A DNA stretch of 64,000 nucleotides from Felis catus (lineage: Eukaryota), in assembly GCF_018350175.1 (NCBI RefSeq), contig NC_058383.1:2294001-2358000 (forward strand), read 5' to 3'. Position 1 is the first letter of the stretch; each line of letters starts with the position of its first letter. Positions 35,156 to 47,391 of the stretch are shown piece by piece. The position numbers and the translations under genes are program-made. The notes beneath the pieces were generated by a model. It saw nothing but the letters and a program-made list of their open reading frames with translations, did no database searches and was not told the origin of the DNA.

Positions 35156-36299
35156 CAGGGCCCTGACCAGAGACCGCGAACCAAGCTTTATATTTAAGAG
35201 TTAAGTCCCAACGTGCTTGCGAAAAATGAAATTAAAAAATCGGAACAAGGACAGTAGTCTCATTCGTCATATGACCTGACTGTCAAGGAGACAGGGCTCA
35301 GAGCAGCCAGACGACGAGGGGACAGACCATCTGGACCGGGCAGCACTCTGAGGCCAACCGCCTGCCCCTGGACGGCGGAGGGGAGCCGGGGCCAAGGGGT
35401 CAGGGTGCCCTTTGGCGGGATGTTTGCCGGCCTCCCCACCCCCCCCCCTCGGCTCAACAAAGCCCGCCTGGGGCTCAACAAAAGGGAAAGAGGAGTGCTC
35501 AGAGCAGCCTTCCTCCTGCCAAAGCCTGACTCATCGGCCGTGCTCCAGCCTGGCTCTCCGAGCAAAAGGCCGGCTCTGCTCGTGGAGCCAACCAGAGCCG
35601 GGGCTGGCCCGGAGGAGAGGGAAGCAGGGCAGGAGGCCAAAGGCAGGGACGCCCCAGACGCTCGGGCCGGCGAGCCAGGGCTCTGGCTCCTCATAAAGGG
35701 CCCTTGTGCGTTAGGCCCGGGCCGCCAGGCCCTGTAGGCCTGGGGTCCGGGGGCTCTGGGGCCGCCGGAGCACTGACTCGGCACCCACGCTCCACACGAA
35801 CTCTGACCTTGTCCCACGAGAGACCAGACAGCTCTGAGGAGACGGACCACCGCCTCCAAAAGCCTCTCTCCTTCCAGAATCGCTGGAAAAGTCTCTGCTG
35901 ACAACATTTGCAGGATTTCACGAGGCCCCACCTCCACCACCAAAAGCCCAACACAACACAGCGTGGCAGAAATGCCAAAGGTAATTCCCCGGAGGAACGG
36001 ACGCCCCACAGCGCGAGAGCCGAGCTGGGGGAGACCCGGATGGAATTCCTTGGCTGCGGCAGGCACGTCGGCACGCACCGCATCTGGCAGGAACCGGGCC
36101 GGGCTCCGGCACAGGGAGCCCACCAAGGGTTTCTTCCCTCGGCCGTGCCAGCCGTCTGAGTAAATGCTTCGCCTGGAAAAGCTCCCCGAACTCCCTCACC
36201 CTGGCCACAGTGCAGTTCTGTCCGCCGGGATGGAGTTCTGACACCCGTGCGTGAACTTGATTTTCGACTCTGCATGGCCCTATGATCTAAAGCTGGCCC

Positions 36300-36533
36300 G
36301 GGGCGCCTGGGTGGCTCAGTCGGTTAAGCATCTGACTTTGACTCAGGTCGTGATCTCATGGTTCATGGGTTTGAGCCCCGTGTTGGGCCCTGTGCTGACA
36401 GCTCGGAGCCTGGAGCCTGTTTCCGGTTCTGTGTCTCCCTCTGTCTCTGCCCCTCCCCCACTCGTGCTCTGTCTCACTCTCTCTCTCAAAAAAATTAAAA
36501 AAAAAAAAAAAGTTAAAATAAATAAATAAATAA
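36300..36533 (+). mobile_element. CanSINE
   Basis: Full length; TSD-like aaagctggc/aaagctagc. Confidence 0.93.
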
Positions 36534-36756
36534 AGCTAGCTCAAAACAAACAGGAAGTATTCCGAAGTCTGAAACACCTGGAGAGAGCCATGTGAAGAGT
36601 TACATTTTCCAGATAAGCATCATAAAGAATATTCTAGAAATAGGCAACTACTGGTGTCTTATTTACTATTGGATTGTGCCACAGTACTTACAATTCTGGA
36701 ACCCTCACTACCTGCTCTTAAATTTAACTTTAAAAAAAATCACGTTAGTAAACCTT

Positions 36757-36792
<36 letters not shown>

Positions 36793-36869
36793 GAGGGAGA
36801 GAGGGAGAGAGAGAGAGAGAGAGGGAGAGAGAGGGAGAGAGAGAGGGGGGGAGAGAGAGAGGGGGGGGG

Positions 36870-36913
<44 letters not shown>

Positions 36914-36917
36914 GGAG
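36757..36917. repeat. GA-rich polypurine microsatellite (161 bp)
   Basis: (GA)n interrupted by G runs. Confidence 0.96.
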
Positions 36918-37993
36918 CTCTACCTTAAAAAAAAAGATGACCTTGTAAAACACACCAGGCTGAGCGAAATGATCTTTCTTTTGTTTCTGGTTTGTCACTA
37001 AGGGAGATAAATCAAAACAAAAAGAGCCTGTCAAAACGATCTGTAAAAGTAACATTCAGGTCAAGGCAAAAGATGAAAGTTTACGTAATTACTTTTGTGA
37101 AACTGATCTGCTAAGCAATACAGAGATCAGACCTCAGTCGGTAGCTAAAGGTTCTGATCGATTCCCTTTTTTTCCCTCTGCGGTGGAATATGGGCTGTGA
37201 ACTAGCCGTGCCTTCAAGAACCAGGGCGAGACCTGGGACCTCACCAGCCAAGTGCCACCTACCAGAGTGTTCTCTTCACGCCCACGGATGCGCATAAACC
37301 CCAATTCAGGCTACTTTTGGGGGACCTCCTTAGAACAACAACGGGGGTTTGCTCAGGAACAGGGCCAGGGGAAACGTAAGCCACCCACAGCCTGAGCGCC
37401 TCCTGGACAAAGGGGACATTTGAAAGGTGTCAATAAAGTGCTTCTCCAAGCAACATGTTTTCCACCTCAAACGGAGAATTTTGCTTGACAGTTCCAAAAA
37501 CATGTTTTTAAACCCAGTAAATAAAAGAGGGAATTGTAGGGATATTTCACCAAATCTTGCTTCACACATATTTTATCACATTCTGCACTGGAACTAGTAC
37601 ACAAAGTTCCTTTTAGGAACATTCACTGAGAAGACAAAATATAGATTTATTAAAGAAAAAAAGATGTATTAAAAAAAAAAAAAAAAAAAAAAGGATCCCC
37701 TGCTCCAAACCAGAAAGCTGTTCCTGGTGATCAGCCTGAGTGGAGGCTGAGGTGAGCACTGGCGGCCGGCAGGGGTGGGGGGTGGGGAGGCCTTAAGGGG
37801 AAACTTGTCTGTCTGGTTCCCTGCTGCTGATCCCGCGTTCCGCTGGGTTTCCTTGGAAAGGCCAACTCACACCTTGCTTTCACTCAAAGGATCATCAAAT
37901 TCACCCTCTTCAAGAGATCCTGAATTCTTACCTACGGTCAGCTAAGAAGGGGGAAAAAAATTAAATACTGCTTATTGTAAAAAATCACATCCA

Positions 37994-38190
37994 GGGGCGC
38001 CTGGGTGGCTCGGTCAGTTGAGCTTTCCACTTCGGCTCAGGTCACGATCTCACGGTGAGTTTGAGCCCCTTGTCGGGCTCCGTGCTGACAGCTCGGAGCC
38101 CGGAGCCTGGTCTCCCTCTCTCTCTGCCCCTCCCCTCCCCACACTCCGCCTCTCTCAAAAATAAATAAACATTAAAAAAAACGAAAAAAA
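37994..38190 (+). mobile_element. CanSINE
   Basis: TSD aaaatcacatcca. Confidence 0.93.
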
Positions 38191-40733
38191 AATCACATCC
38201 AAAGAGCAAACTTCAGTTCTCTTGTAGGCACCTTTCACAGCGGTTTTCTGTTAAAAAGCTGCAAAACAACGTCCACAGCAGCACCACGCTTAACAGCCCA
38301 ACGGGCGAAGATCGCCCAAACGCTCACCACACGACGGGTGAGGAGACAAGACGTGGTTCGTCCTCAGAACACTAGGCAGTGATGAAAGTGAAGACGGCGC
38401 CGGCCCAGACTGCAGTGCGAGTGAACCTCAGACGCTTCCTGTGGAATCAAAGAAGCCGGGCACCAAGGCCGCGTACCGCATGATTCCATTTCTAGGAAAT
38501 AACCGGAAAACCTACAGAAGCAGGAGGAGGAAGAGGGGCTGCCTGGGGCCGAGGACTGGGGTTAGGCACGCACGGGCAGGAGGGGCCTTCCTGGGACGAC
38601 GGGAGGGCCCTAAAACTGGTTCGTGCTGGCCACTGCGCAGCTTGGCGAATTCACTACAAGTCACTGAGAGGTACCGCTTAGAAAAAGCTGCCCCAAGAGA
38701 AAAAAAGTTTCCATAAAACCAAGTTATTTACTCAAGAATGCTCCTGTGTTGCTCACACTGAGAATTAATCATCTCCATTTAATAACTCCTAAGTAGTTCA
38801 GGTCTATTTCAGGAGCTGTTTCAGACGCTCAGAATTTTCGCGGCGGGTAAAGCTCCAATTATAGCTGGTTATGGGGCTGTTTTCATCTTTATTAAACCAC
38901 CATCATTTAACAAAACAGCAGCAGGAAGTTCAACAGACCCCGGGTACCAATTAAAAGGATCCCAAGTTAATAACCCTACAGGCTTCTGCAAGTTCCCCTC
39001 ACAGGGCCACGCCCGGCCCTCGTCTGAGCCGGGCACACAGGGACAGCAGGTGGCAGGAGCTCGGGGACACTGCGGGCTCCCTGTGCTGATAGAGAGTTCT
39101 GGCCTCTTGGAAGCCCCTAGAAAAGCAAGGCAGAAGCCACTTTTTTGGTTTGGTGTAGCTTCTCATCTGGGGGTTCATTTGCAAAGTGCATCGTCTCCAA
39201 CAGCACCCACCTCACTGAGGAGCGCCGGGGCGGCGGGGGCGGGGGGGGGGGGGAGCCAGCCACACGCCATCCTCCTGCAGGACGGGCGTGGACACGCACT
39301 GCCAGGCGAGCTGTGTGGTTTGCACGTCCTTCTCATTTATTTACCACCAAAATCCTTTCTCATGTGAGGCTAAAAGTCTATCCTCTTTTCGGTATTAGGG
39401 GGAAAAAGCCCTCTTTACAACACGTCCTTATGAAAGAAGGGGACAGATCATTAGCTTTATAATTCACTAAAAACGTTGCGGCACCTGCTGGAGCTGTATC
39501 AGGACGCGTGTGTCTTACAACGTTGAGGTAGAGAGATGGAAAGGATTAAAAAAAAAGAAAAAAAGCATTCAGAAAACAAATGTATGACAAAGAGTGAGAA
39601 AGAAGGCAGGGCAGGGAGGGGGAGAGGTGAGGGGAGGGACCTGTTCGGCAAAGGAGCCCTGGTCAGGCCTACTGCAGTTCTCGCAACGCCTCCCGAGACT
39701 TCTACAAGTTTGAAATGATCTGAAAACAGGAGTTTAAAAAGCTCATAATGGGAGACGCTTCGCACTTGTGAAGACGACGGCACAGATGCTACCCGAGGAC
39801 GGTGGGTGACAATACTTGAAAAAGCCGGCCCAGCAGATGCCTACTCGGAGCGTGTCGAGAAATTCCTTCACAGATACGAAGGGGGGACGGTGCCCCCTCT
39901 GCAGAAGGGCTGCCTCAGGGACTCCCCATAGAACACATCGCGTCTGCTTACGCATACTCAACGGTCCTACAAAGATGCCCGGGGAGGAGTCCAGGGCTCG
40001 GTGCCTTTTCTAGAAGTCTCCGGAGGCTGCTGCGCCAGGATCTCCTCCGGCTTACTATTCACGGAGATGTGCGTCTTCTGTTCCTGGGGATCAGCTGACC
40101 AGCTTTCGGTCGAGATTCTGTGTGAAGCGTATCAGTTCAATTATTTGAAACCTCCGAACCAAGGTGGAGCTCAGCTTGTCCTCAGAATCCAGGCTTCTCT
40201 AGGTCTCGGCTGGGTAGCAAGGGTTACTTTGTTTCTAACATACAAATTAATTCTTTCCTCTACCACAGCTTAAGGATCCACAATCATACTTTCATTTGAC
40301 TTAATGCTACAGTGTTTCCTCTCATTCAAATATTTTGCTAAAATCTTAACTTAAAAACATTCCTAAGACTTCAATTGTAATATTCTTAGCAGAGGGAAAG
40401 AAACCAAAACCATTTCTAACCCAGCGCGAAGCGGCTAGTTTAATCAAGGCCACGGTCCTCCTCCGAGCTGGGGCTGCACCAGAACAGGTTTGCATTTCCA
40501 GGCTTCTCTGCAAGCGGAGGGGAGCTGAATACTGGCACACCCCCCCCCCCAGCAGTTTTCGCCCCAGCTGGGTGCTACGCAGCGTCTGGAGGGCCTCCGG
40601 TCCCCCCAGCGTGTGCCAGGGGATCCTGAAGGGAATGCAGAGATTTCAGCTGGACTTGCTCTTCTCAATCCTCTTAGCGCAAGAAGGCCTTGGAGACTTA
40701 AGGAAGCATTCGTTATTTAAAATGCTTCTGTTG

Positions 40734-40939
40734 GGGGCGCCTGGGTGGCTCAGTCGGTTGAGCATACGGCTTTGGCTCAGGTCGTGATCTCGCGGTTCGT
40801 GGGTTCAAGATCCGCATCAGGCTCTGTGCTGACAGCTCAGAGCCTGAAGCCTCCTTCAGATTCTGAGCCTCCCTCTCTCTCTGCCCCTCCCTTGCTCATG
40901 CTCTGTCTCTCTCAAGAATAAATCAACTTAAAAAAAAAA
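40734..40939 (+). mobile_element. CanSINE
   Basis: TSD aaaatgc(t/c)tctg. Confidence 0.93.
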
Positions 40940-41346
40940 TGCCTCTGCTGAGGCTGGGTGCACAAAGTGTTGAGGTGGGCCTACTGCATTCTGTATACAA
41001 AATAACCATCTGTATCCTGAGGAAAATGAGGACCCTTCCTGAAGGGAAAGGGCGCACAACCCCCGGGACCCCAACTAACTTTCCCCCAGATTTTCACCCT
41101 TGACGTTTATAATCACTTTCGTTGAAGGTAAGGGGGGAGTCACAATTTGGTCAACAAGAGGAGGTTCTGTCGAATGAATGGGCAGGGGGTAGCGGGGACC
41201 CTCTAAATCTGAGAACTCACTTGTGAATGTTGGGACCCAAAGATTCAATTAAAGGTGGGGAAAATGAGCGACAACCAGCAGGCAGGCCCGTATCCTGTGT
41301 GTCTCCCCTGCAAAGTATTGTTCGCTCTGACTACCACACGCACCTA

Positions 41347-42460
41347 CTTTTTTTTTTATAATTGTGAAAAATTTACCATCGTAAAGATTTTTCGGGGTAC
41401 AGTTCAGCAGGGTTAAGTGCACATAGTCATGAAACGATCTCCAGAATTTTTTCATCTTGAAAATGTGGAAGTTGAACGATTAAACAGCCGCTGCCCGGCC
41501 CCCCAGGGAGCACGATCCCACTTTCTGGCTTGATGAAGCCACCCGAGACACCGCACGTAAGTGTAATTATACCACAGTGGTCTCTGTGCCCGGCTTACCT
41601 GACCTACGTAATGTCCTCAGGGTTCATCCGTGCTGTAGCGTGGGGACGGCGATTCCTTCCTTTCGAAGGTGAGTCCTACTCCGCTGTGTGCAGACAGCAC
41701 GTTTATTCATCCATCCGTCTGTGGGCACTGGGCGGTCTCCACCTCTTGGCTACTGGGGACGACGCAGCCGTGAACACGGGTGTGCGAGCACCTGTCTGTG
41801 CCCCAGCGCTCAGCTCTCTTCTACTTAAGTGGAGATCGCTGGGTCCCGCGCTAGTTGTTTACGTTTTCTGACGCACCTCTCTTTCAGTAGCAGCTGCGCT
41901 GTTTCACAACCTCCAACAGGGCACCAGGTCTCCATTTCTTCACGTCCTCACCCACACGTGCTGTCGGCTGGCTTTGTGACAGCGGCCATCCTGCGAGGTG
42001 CGAGGGGGTATCTCAACGTGGTTCTGATTTCTAGGTCTGTGAGCATTACCGATGCTGAGCACCTTTTCCTACAGTGCTGACCGCTTTCGTGTATCATCTT
42101 GGGAGCCAGATTTATTTGGATCCTTTGTCCTTTGTTCAACAGGGTGATTTTCTTGTTGCTGAGTTGTCGGAGTGTTTAAAAACCACATTCGGGATATAAC
42201 TCCTCATCGGATACAGGACTTGCAAACATTTTCTCCCATTCCACGGCTGCCTTTTCATTCTGTTGGCCGTGGGTCCTCTGATGACAAGGATGTAGTTCTC
42301 TTCCTGTATGCTTTCAGGGTCCTAGTCACAAAATCATCGCCAAGTCCGGGGTCATGAAGCTTTTCCCCCGGCTTTCTTCTAAGGGTTGTACAGTCCTGAG
42401 TCTTTGGGTTAGGGTAGGTCTGTAGCCCATGTGGAGCTAAGTTTTGTATGTGGTGTAAGG
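41347..42460 (-). mobile_element. L1 (L1MB-like) 3' end, antisense
   Basis: Poly-T start, then L1 3' UTR and ORF2-end motifs (gtacagttcagc, atccgtgctgtagc, ttgcaaacattttctcccattcc). Confidence 0.82.
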
Positions 42461-42950
42461 GCCTGCATTAAAAAACCAGCTCTAATAATAGCATTCCACT
42501 GAACACAGGTATAAAACTTTTTTGCGTGACCCTGTCAATAGCCGTTTGGGATATTTCCAGCGTTTTGCTGTTGTTCCCCATGATGACACAAATATCCTTT
42601 ACAGAAGCCCCTCACAGACATGAGAGGCAATGCTTGGCAGTTTCCAAGGAGCCAAAATTAACTTTTGACTGGCTTGCTTCAAATTTTGCATTTTACCCCT
42701 TCACGTTGTGTATGGCAGTATGGCAACCCTTACTTTGGAATCCTCAGGACCAGACAGATGTATTTTGGAACTCAGAAATTTTCAGATTTGGGGAAGTAAT
42801 ATGGTACCGATGCCATATGTCACAGGATATCCCCAGCTGGGAACAATGGGTATATACGTATACCCTAATATACATAATATATCCACAATATAGGGTATAT
42901 TATAGGGAACTTATAATCAAATATGCTGATACGTGTGTAGTAACACAGAT

Positions 42951-42953
<3 letters not shown>

Positions 42954-42997
<44 letters not shown>
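42954..42997. repeat. (CA)n microsatellite
   Basis: About 22 CA units. Confidence 0.95.
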
Positions 42998-42999
<2 letters not shown>

Positions 43000-44528
43000 A
43001 TATTTAAGACCAGTGGGGAGGTAGGCTCCTGAGGACGGCTCAAAACGGAAATATCTGCGAGTCTCCTGAGATCTGCCGTTAAAAATCATGGATAGAAGAT
43101 ACAGGGGAAAAAAAAGATAAGAATCACACCAAATGTGAATAGTGATCATTCCTTTCCTCTTCCACAACTGTTACAATGCAATTATAAAAAAATAAAAAAA
43201 TTTCCTTCATTTATAAAACTAGCTAGCCAATGAATACACTGCCAGGGTACAAAAACATTACAATGCAGCTGAAGGAGGCTCACATTCGTCCCACAACAGT
43301 TATCCACGTCTATCACTCTGGCCCATATTCTTCCAGACCTCTGTCTCTATTCAGGGCACAGATGTCGGGGTAGAAACTTAAAGTTTCAGGACTGGTTTGC
43401 CTTTACATCAACGGAATCAAACGCTGCGTATCATTTTTCAAGTCGGATTCTACCAGGTCTCAGAGTTATGCGGAGCTTCGTCCCTCCTCACAACCACCCC
43501 GGATTCTCGAGTATGACGTGTTACAGAGGGCTACCCGTGGATGTTTACATAGTTACAATTTCTGCTACCACCACCGCTGCCACAGGAACCGTCTGCACAC
43601 ATGCGGCTCCTGGAACACTGTGTCTGTTAGCGGTGTTCCTACGGACAGAACTGCCGGGCCAGAGTATACACGTGTACATTTCTAAGAGCTCTGGCAAATG
43701 GCCTCGCCGAAGGGTTCTACCAATATATATCCCAACGAACAAAGGCGGAAGGTATTTATTTTCCCATGGCCTCACCACACTGGATATTAGCAGCAATCCA
43801 ATTTCCTTTTCTTCTTCTTCCCCCCCCTACCCCCCCCCCCCGCCCCCCGCAGTGTGATGGGTGAAAAGTGGTATTTGTTACTTTTTAAGTCCGAGATTTG
43901 TCCTGATCATTGGGGGCGTGAGCATTAGGCACTTTTTCATCCTTGGAGAAAAGCCAAAAACTTTGTAAGAAGTCATGAAAAAAACAGATCATGGTAACAT
44001 GCAGAGATGAGATGAGATTCAACATCAACCACAGATCGGCTTAGCATTTTGAGGAAAATGAACTACATGGTGGACATTAGTAAACTGCACAGATAGCCAC
44101 ACCTAAGTGTAAAACAGAGGACTTTACTCAGGTTCACTGCCATATTCTACACAGGAAAGCCATTTGCCCCAGTTTGCTCCAGAGAGCCCCATTTCAAGCT
44201 TCGTGCCCTGGTAAAGTTATTAGCAGTCCCCCGCCCCCCCAAATGCCTTGACTGGTGTCATCAAGTTACACAAACTGCACATTTACACACACTGTGGCTC
44301 CACAGGCACAGGGCCCAGCAGGTCCCCTGGAACTGGCATCGCGTGTCACTGCGAGACCTCACCAAGTACTGACAGCTAATGGGATCGTGTGTCCGCAACT
44401 CCATTTCTACAGCAGGATTATTACAAGTCAGAGTTATGGCAGCCATAATTTGTTCCCCGGCTGTTGAGTGCTTCCACGCCAAGATATTAGGCAGCATTTT
44501 GGCAGTGTTTTAAGACTGTGTGAACGCT

Positions 44529-44750
44529 GGGGCGCCCAGGTGGCTCAGTCGGTTAAGCGTCCGACTTCGGCTCAGGTCATGATCTCACAGCTCATGAGTT
44601 CGAGCCCCGTGTCGGGCTCTGTGCTGACAGCTCGGGGCCTGGAGCCTGCTTCGGATTCCGTGTCTCCCTCTCTCTCTGACGCTAACCCACGTGCATTCTG
44701 TCTCTGTCTCTCTCAAAAATAAACAAACGTGAAAAATAATAATAAAAAAA
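44529..44750 (+). mobile_element. CanSINE
   Basis: TSD aagac(t/c)gt(g/a)tgaacg. Confidence 0.93.
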
Positions 44751-46515
44751 AGACCGTATGAACGTGGACCTTGTAAGCACTTGGCTCTGGTATTTTCTGC
44801 CACGGCAAATGCACAAGGAATACGATTAGGGAATCAAGTGATTAAAATCGAAGGAAAGAGCCTGAGGTACAGAGCTCAGGAACCCTCAGCACGTACCCTG
44901 CATTTCATTCAGCCTTCCAGACAAGCGAACACCAACATCCCGTGTGTCTGAAGTTGCAAAGGGACAACCAAGTCCATGGTAGGCTGGGGGTAAACTACAC
45001 TGCACGAGGTAGGCACACTGCTGGATGACCTATTTCTCTATCCCTCCCTTATCCTGTCATCTCTTCTAATGAAATTTTTCTGCCTTCTACGTTTGGGAGA
45101 CAGGGGCTGCCTCTCCTTTCCATAAAAGGCCAAAAAAAAAAAAAAAGCCCAGATAATTAAATTTTTCTAACGGTGCCAATGGGACTTCTGTGCCGCACTG
45201 TCCACTCCAAGGACACAGTCCTATGGCAGTCGTCAGGACATCAGTCCAGGAGGAGAACCAAGCAGCTAGCTCGGTAAACGCTCTGCAGGCTAATCCTGCT
45301 GGCACGTTTTACGCAGCAGACGGAAACTCGGAAAGTGCTAAATAAATCTCAGTCTTCAAACAATTACACTTAAACGTCCTATTTAAGTCACAGAGCACAA
45401 TGCAGCTGCCTTCGGGGACGTTATCAGGATCAACTCAGTGTAGGGAGGAGACGGTGGCGGAGTGGGGCACTCAGAGGCCTCAGAAGACCCTGGCCCGGCG
45501 GTAAAGGGAAGAAACTTCCGGAATGGCAGCGGAGACTAAGAAGATTGCTTTTCCCAGGGAGCTCTTTAGGAAAGCTGGTCTTTTCCTTCCCCTCTCAACC
45601 GTCAAGGCAGGTAGATCCCAGGCCTCGTGGAAGTGAACGTGTAAACAAAGACAGTGACATTCAAAACAGCCTCTGTTCAATGAGTTACTTTCACAGGGCA
45701 GCAGGAATTAAGGGCATTATCTTTTTGTGAAAGAAAGAGCGTGAGGCCGAATTGGCATGTGCGAAAAGACACATACTCAAGGGGACAATCTGATAACCTG
45801 TGACGGGCACGTCCCTGGGGGACCATAGCGGCAAATCAAGGAAGGTACATCCACCCCCCCAAGGTCTCCGCGTGTCCCCCTTTTCCTGCACTCTCTTCCT
45901 GTCCCCAGCCAACACCGATCCGCTTCTGTCACTCTTACTCTACGTTTCTGGAATTGTACATAAATAAACCATACAGCGTGGACTGTGTGGCTCCCTCGTG
46001 CGGCAAAATCCTGCTCACGTTTGTCCACGCGGTTGTCCGCGTCAGTACTCTGTTCCCTTCACCGCGGAGGGGTAGTCCCCTGGATGGATATGCCTGAATT
46101 GGTCACCAGTCATCTGTCGAGGGACAAGTTAGCAGTCGGCAGCTACGACAAATAAAGCTTCTCCGAACACCCGTGTGCAAGTCTTTGCCGGGACACATAT
46201 TTGCATTTCTGTTCGACAAATACCCAGGAGTAGAGTGGCTAGCTCACAGAGGCCGACTTTTAATGACGCGCCCTATGCTTTTCCAAGGCAGGAGTTCCAG
46301 GCGACACTGCCACCAGACCCCCCCCCCCCCCCCCGCCACGTCACCACTCTGTCAGGTCAGCCCTTCCAAGTGTAGCCTCTAGGAGGGTGCAGGGACCCGT
46401 TGCTGTGGTTTCCATTTCCATTTAGGTACAGACGACGTATGGACCCAATCTTTCATGCACTTGATTCGCCCTCTTCGCCCCTTCACATCTTTTGTTCATT
46501 AAAAAATTTGGGGTA

Positions 46516-46720
46516 GGGGCGCCTGGGTGGCGCAGTCAGTTAAGCGTCCGACTTCAGCCAGGTCACGATCTCGCGGTCCGGGAGTTCGAGCCCCGCGTCG
46601 GGCTCTGGGCTGATGGCTCGGAGCCTGGAGCCTGTTTCCGATTCTGTGTCTCCCTCTCTCTCTGCCCCTCCCCCGTTCATGCTCTGTCTCTCTCTGTCCC
46701 AAAAATAAACATTGAAAAAA
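46516..46720 (+). mobile_element. Young feline-type CanSINE
   Basis: ggcgcagtc...acttcagccaggtcacgatctcgcggtcc with CpGs intact; TSD aaaaatt(t/g)ggggta. Confidence 0.95.
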
Positions 46721-46768
46721 AAAATTGGGGGTAAGTCACGCGTTCTCTTATTACTTTTATGAGTTCTT

Positions 46769-46969
46769 GGGGTGCCTGGGTGGCCCAGTCAGTTAAGCAT
46801 CCGACTTCGGCTCGGGTCATTATCTTATGGTTTGGGTTCAAACCCCGGCATCAGGTCTGTGCTGATAGCTGGGAGCCTGGAGCCTGCTTCGGATTCTGTG
46901 TCTCCCTCTCTCTGCCCCTCCCCTACTAACGGCCCCCCCCCCAAAATGAATAAACATTAAACAAAAAAA
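46769..46969 (+). mobile_element. CanSINE
   Basis: TSD gagttctt. Confidence 0.9.
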
Positions 46970-47180
46970 GAGTTCTTTATATATTCTAGATACAAATCCT
47001 TTTACATAATTGCAAATATTTAATTTTCATTCTTGTAGAGGTGTCTTTCAAAATTTTAATTTTTGGACCTTGATTTAAGTAAGTTAAAGTAAACAAAATA
47101 AACAAAATTTAAATGCTAGATTCTCTCTTACATCTCACGGAGCCATTTGTCTGTCATTATGCCAATCCTATGCTGTCTTG

Positions 47181-47391
47181 TTTTTTTTTAATTGTTTATT
47201 TATTCTTGAGCGAGAGACAGAACACAAATATGAGCAGGGGAGCAGCAGAGAAAGAGACACAGAATCCGAAGCAGGCTCCAGGCTCCAAGCTGTCAGCACA
47301 GAGCCCGATGTGAAGCTCGAACTCACAAACCGTGAGATCATGACCTGAGCTGAAGTCGGGTGCTTAACCGACTGAGCCACCCAGGAGCCCC
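47181..47391 (-). mobile_element. CanSINE
   Basis: TSD ta(t/c)gctgtctt. Confidence 0.92.

Noticed and set aside
32942..36275. Long ORFs 33282-34250 (322 aa), 32942-33754 and 35260-36126
   Set aside because: Low-complexity GC-rich intronic sequence with no recognisable homology or exon structure.
36592..37055. ERERE/SLSLS ORFs
   Set aside because: Artefacts of the GA microsatellite.
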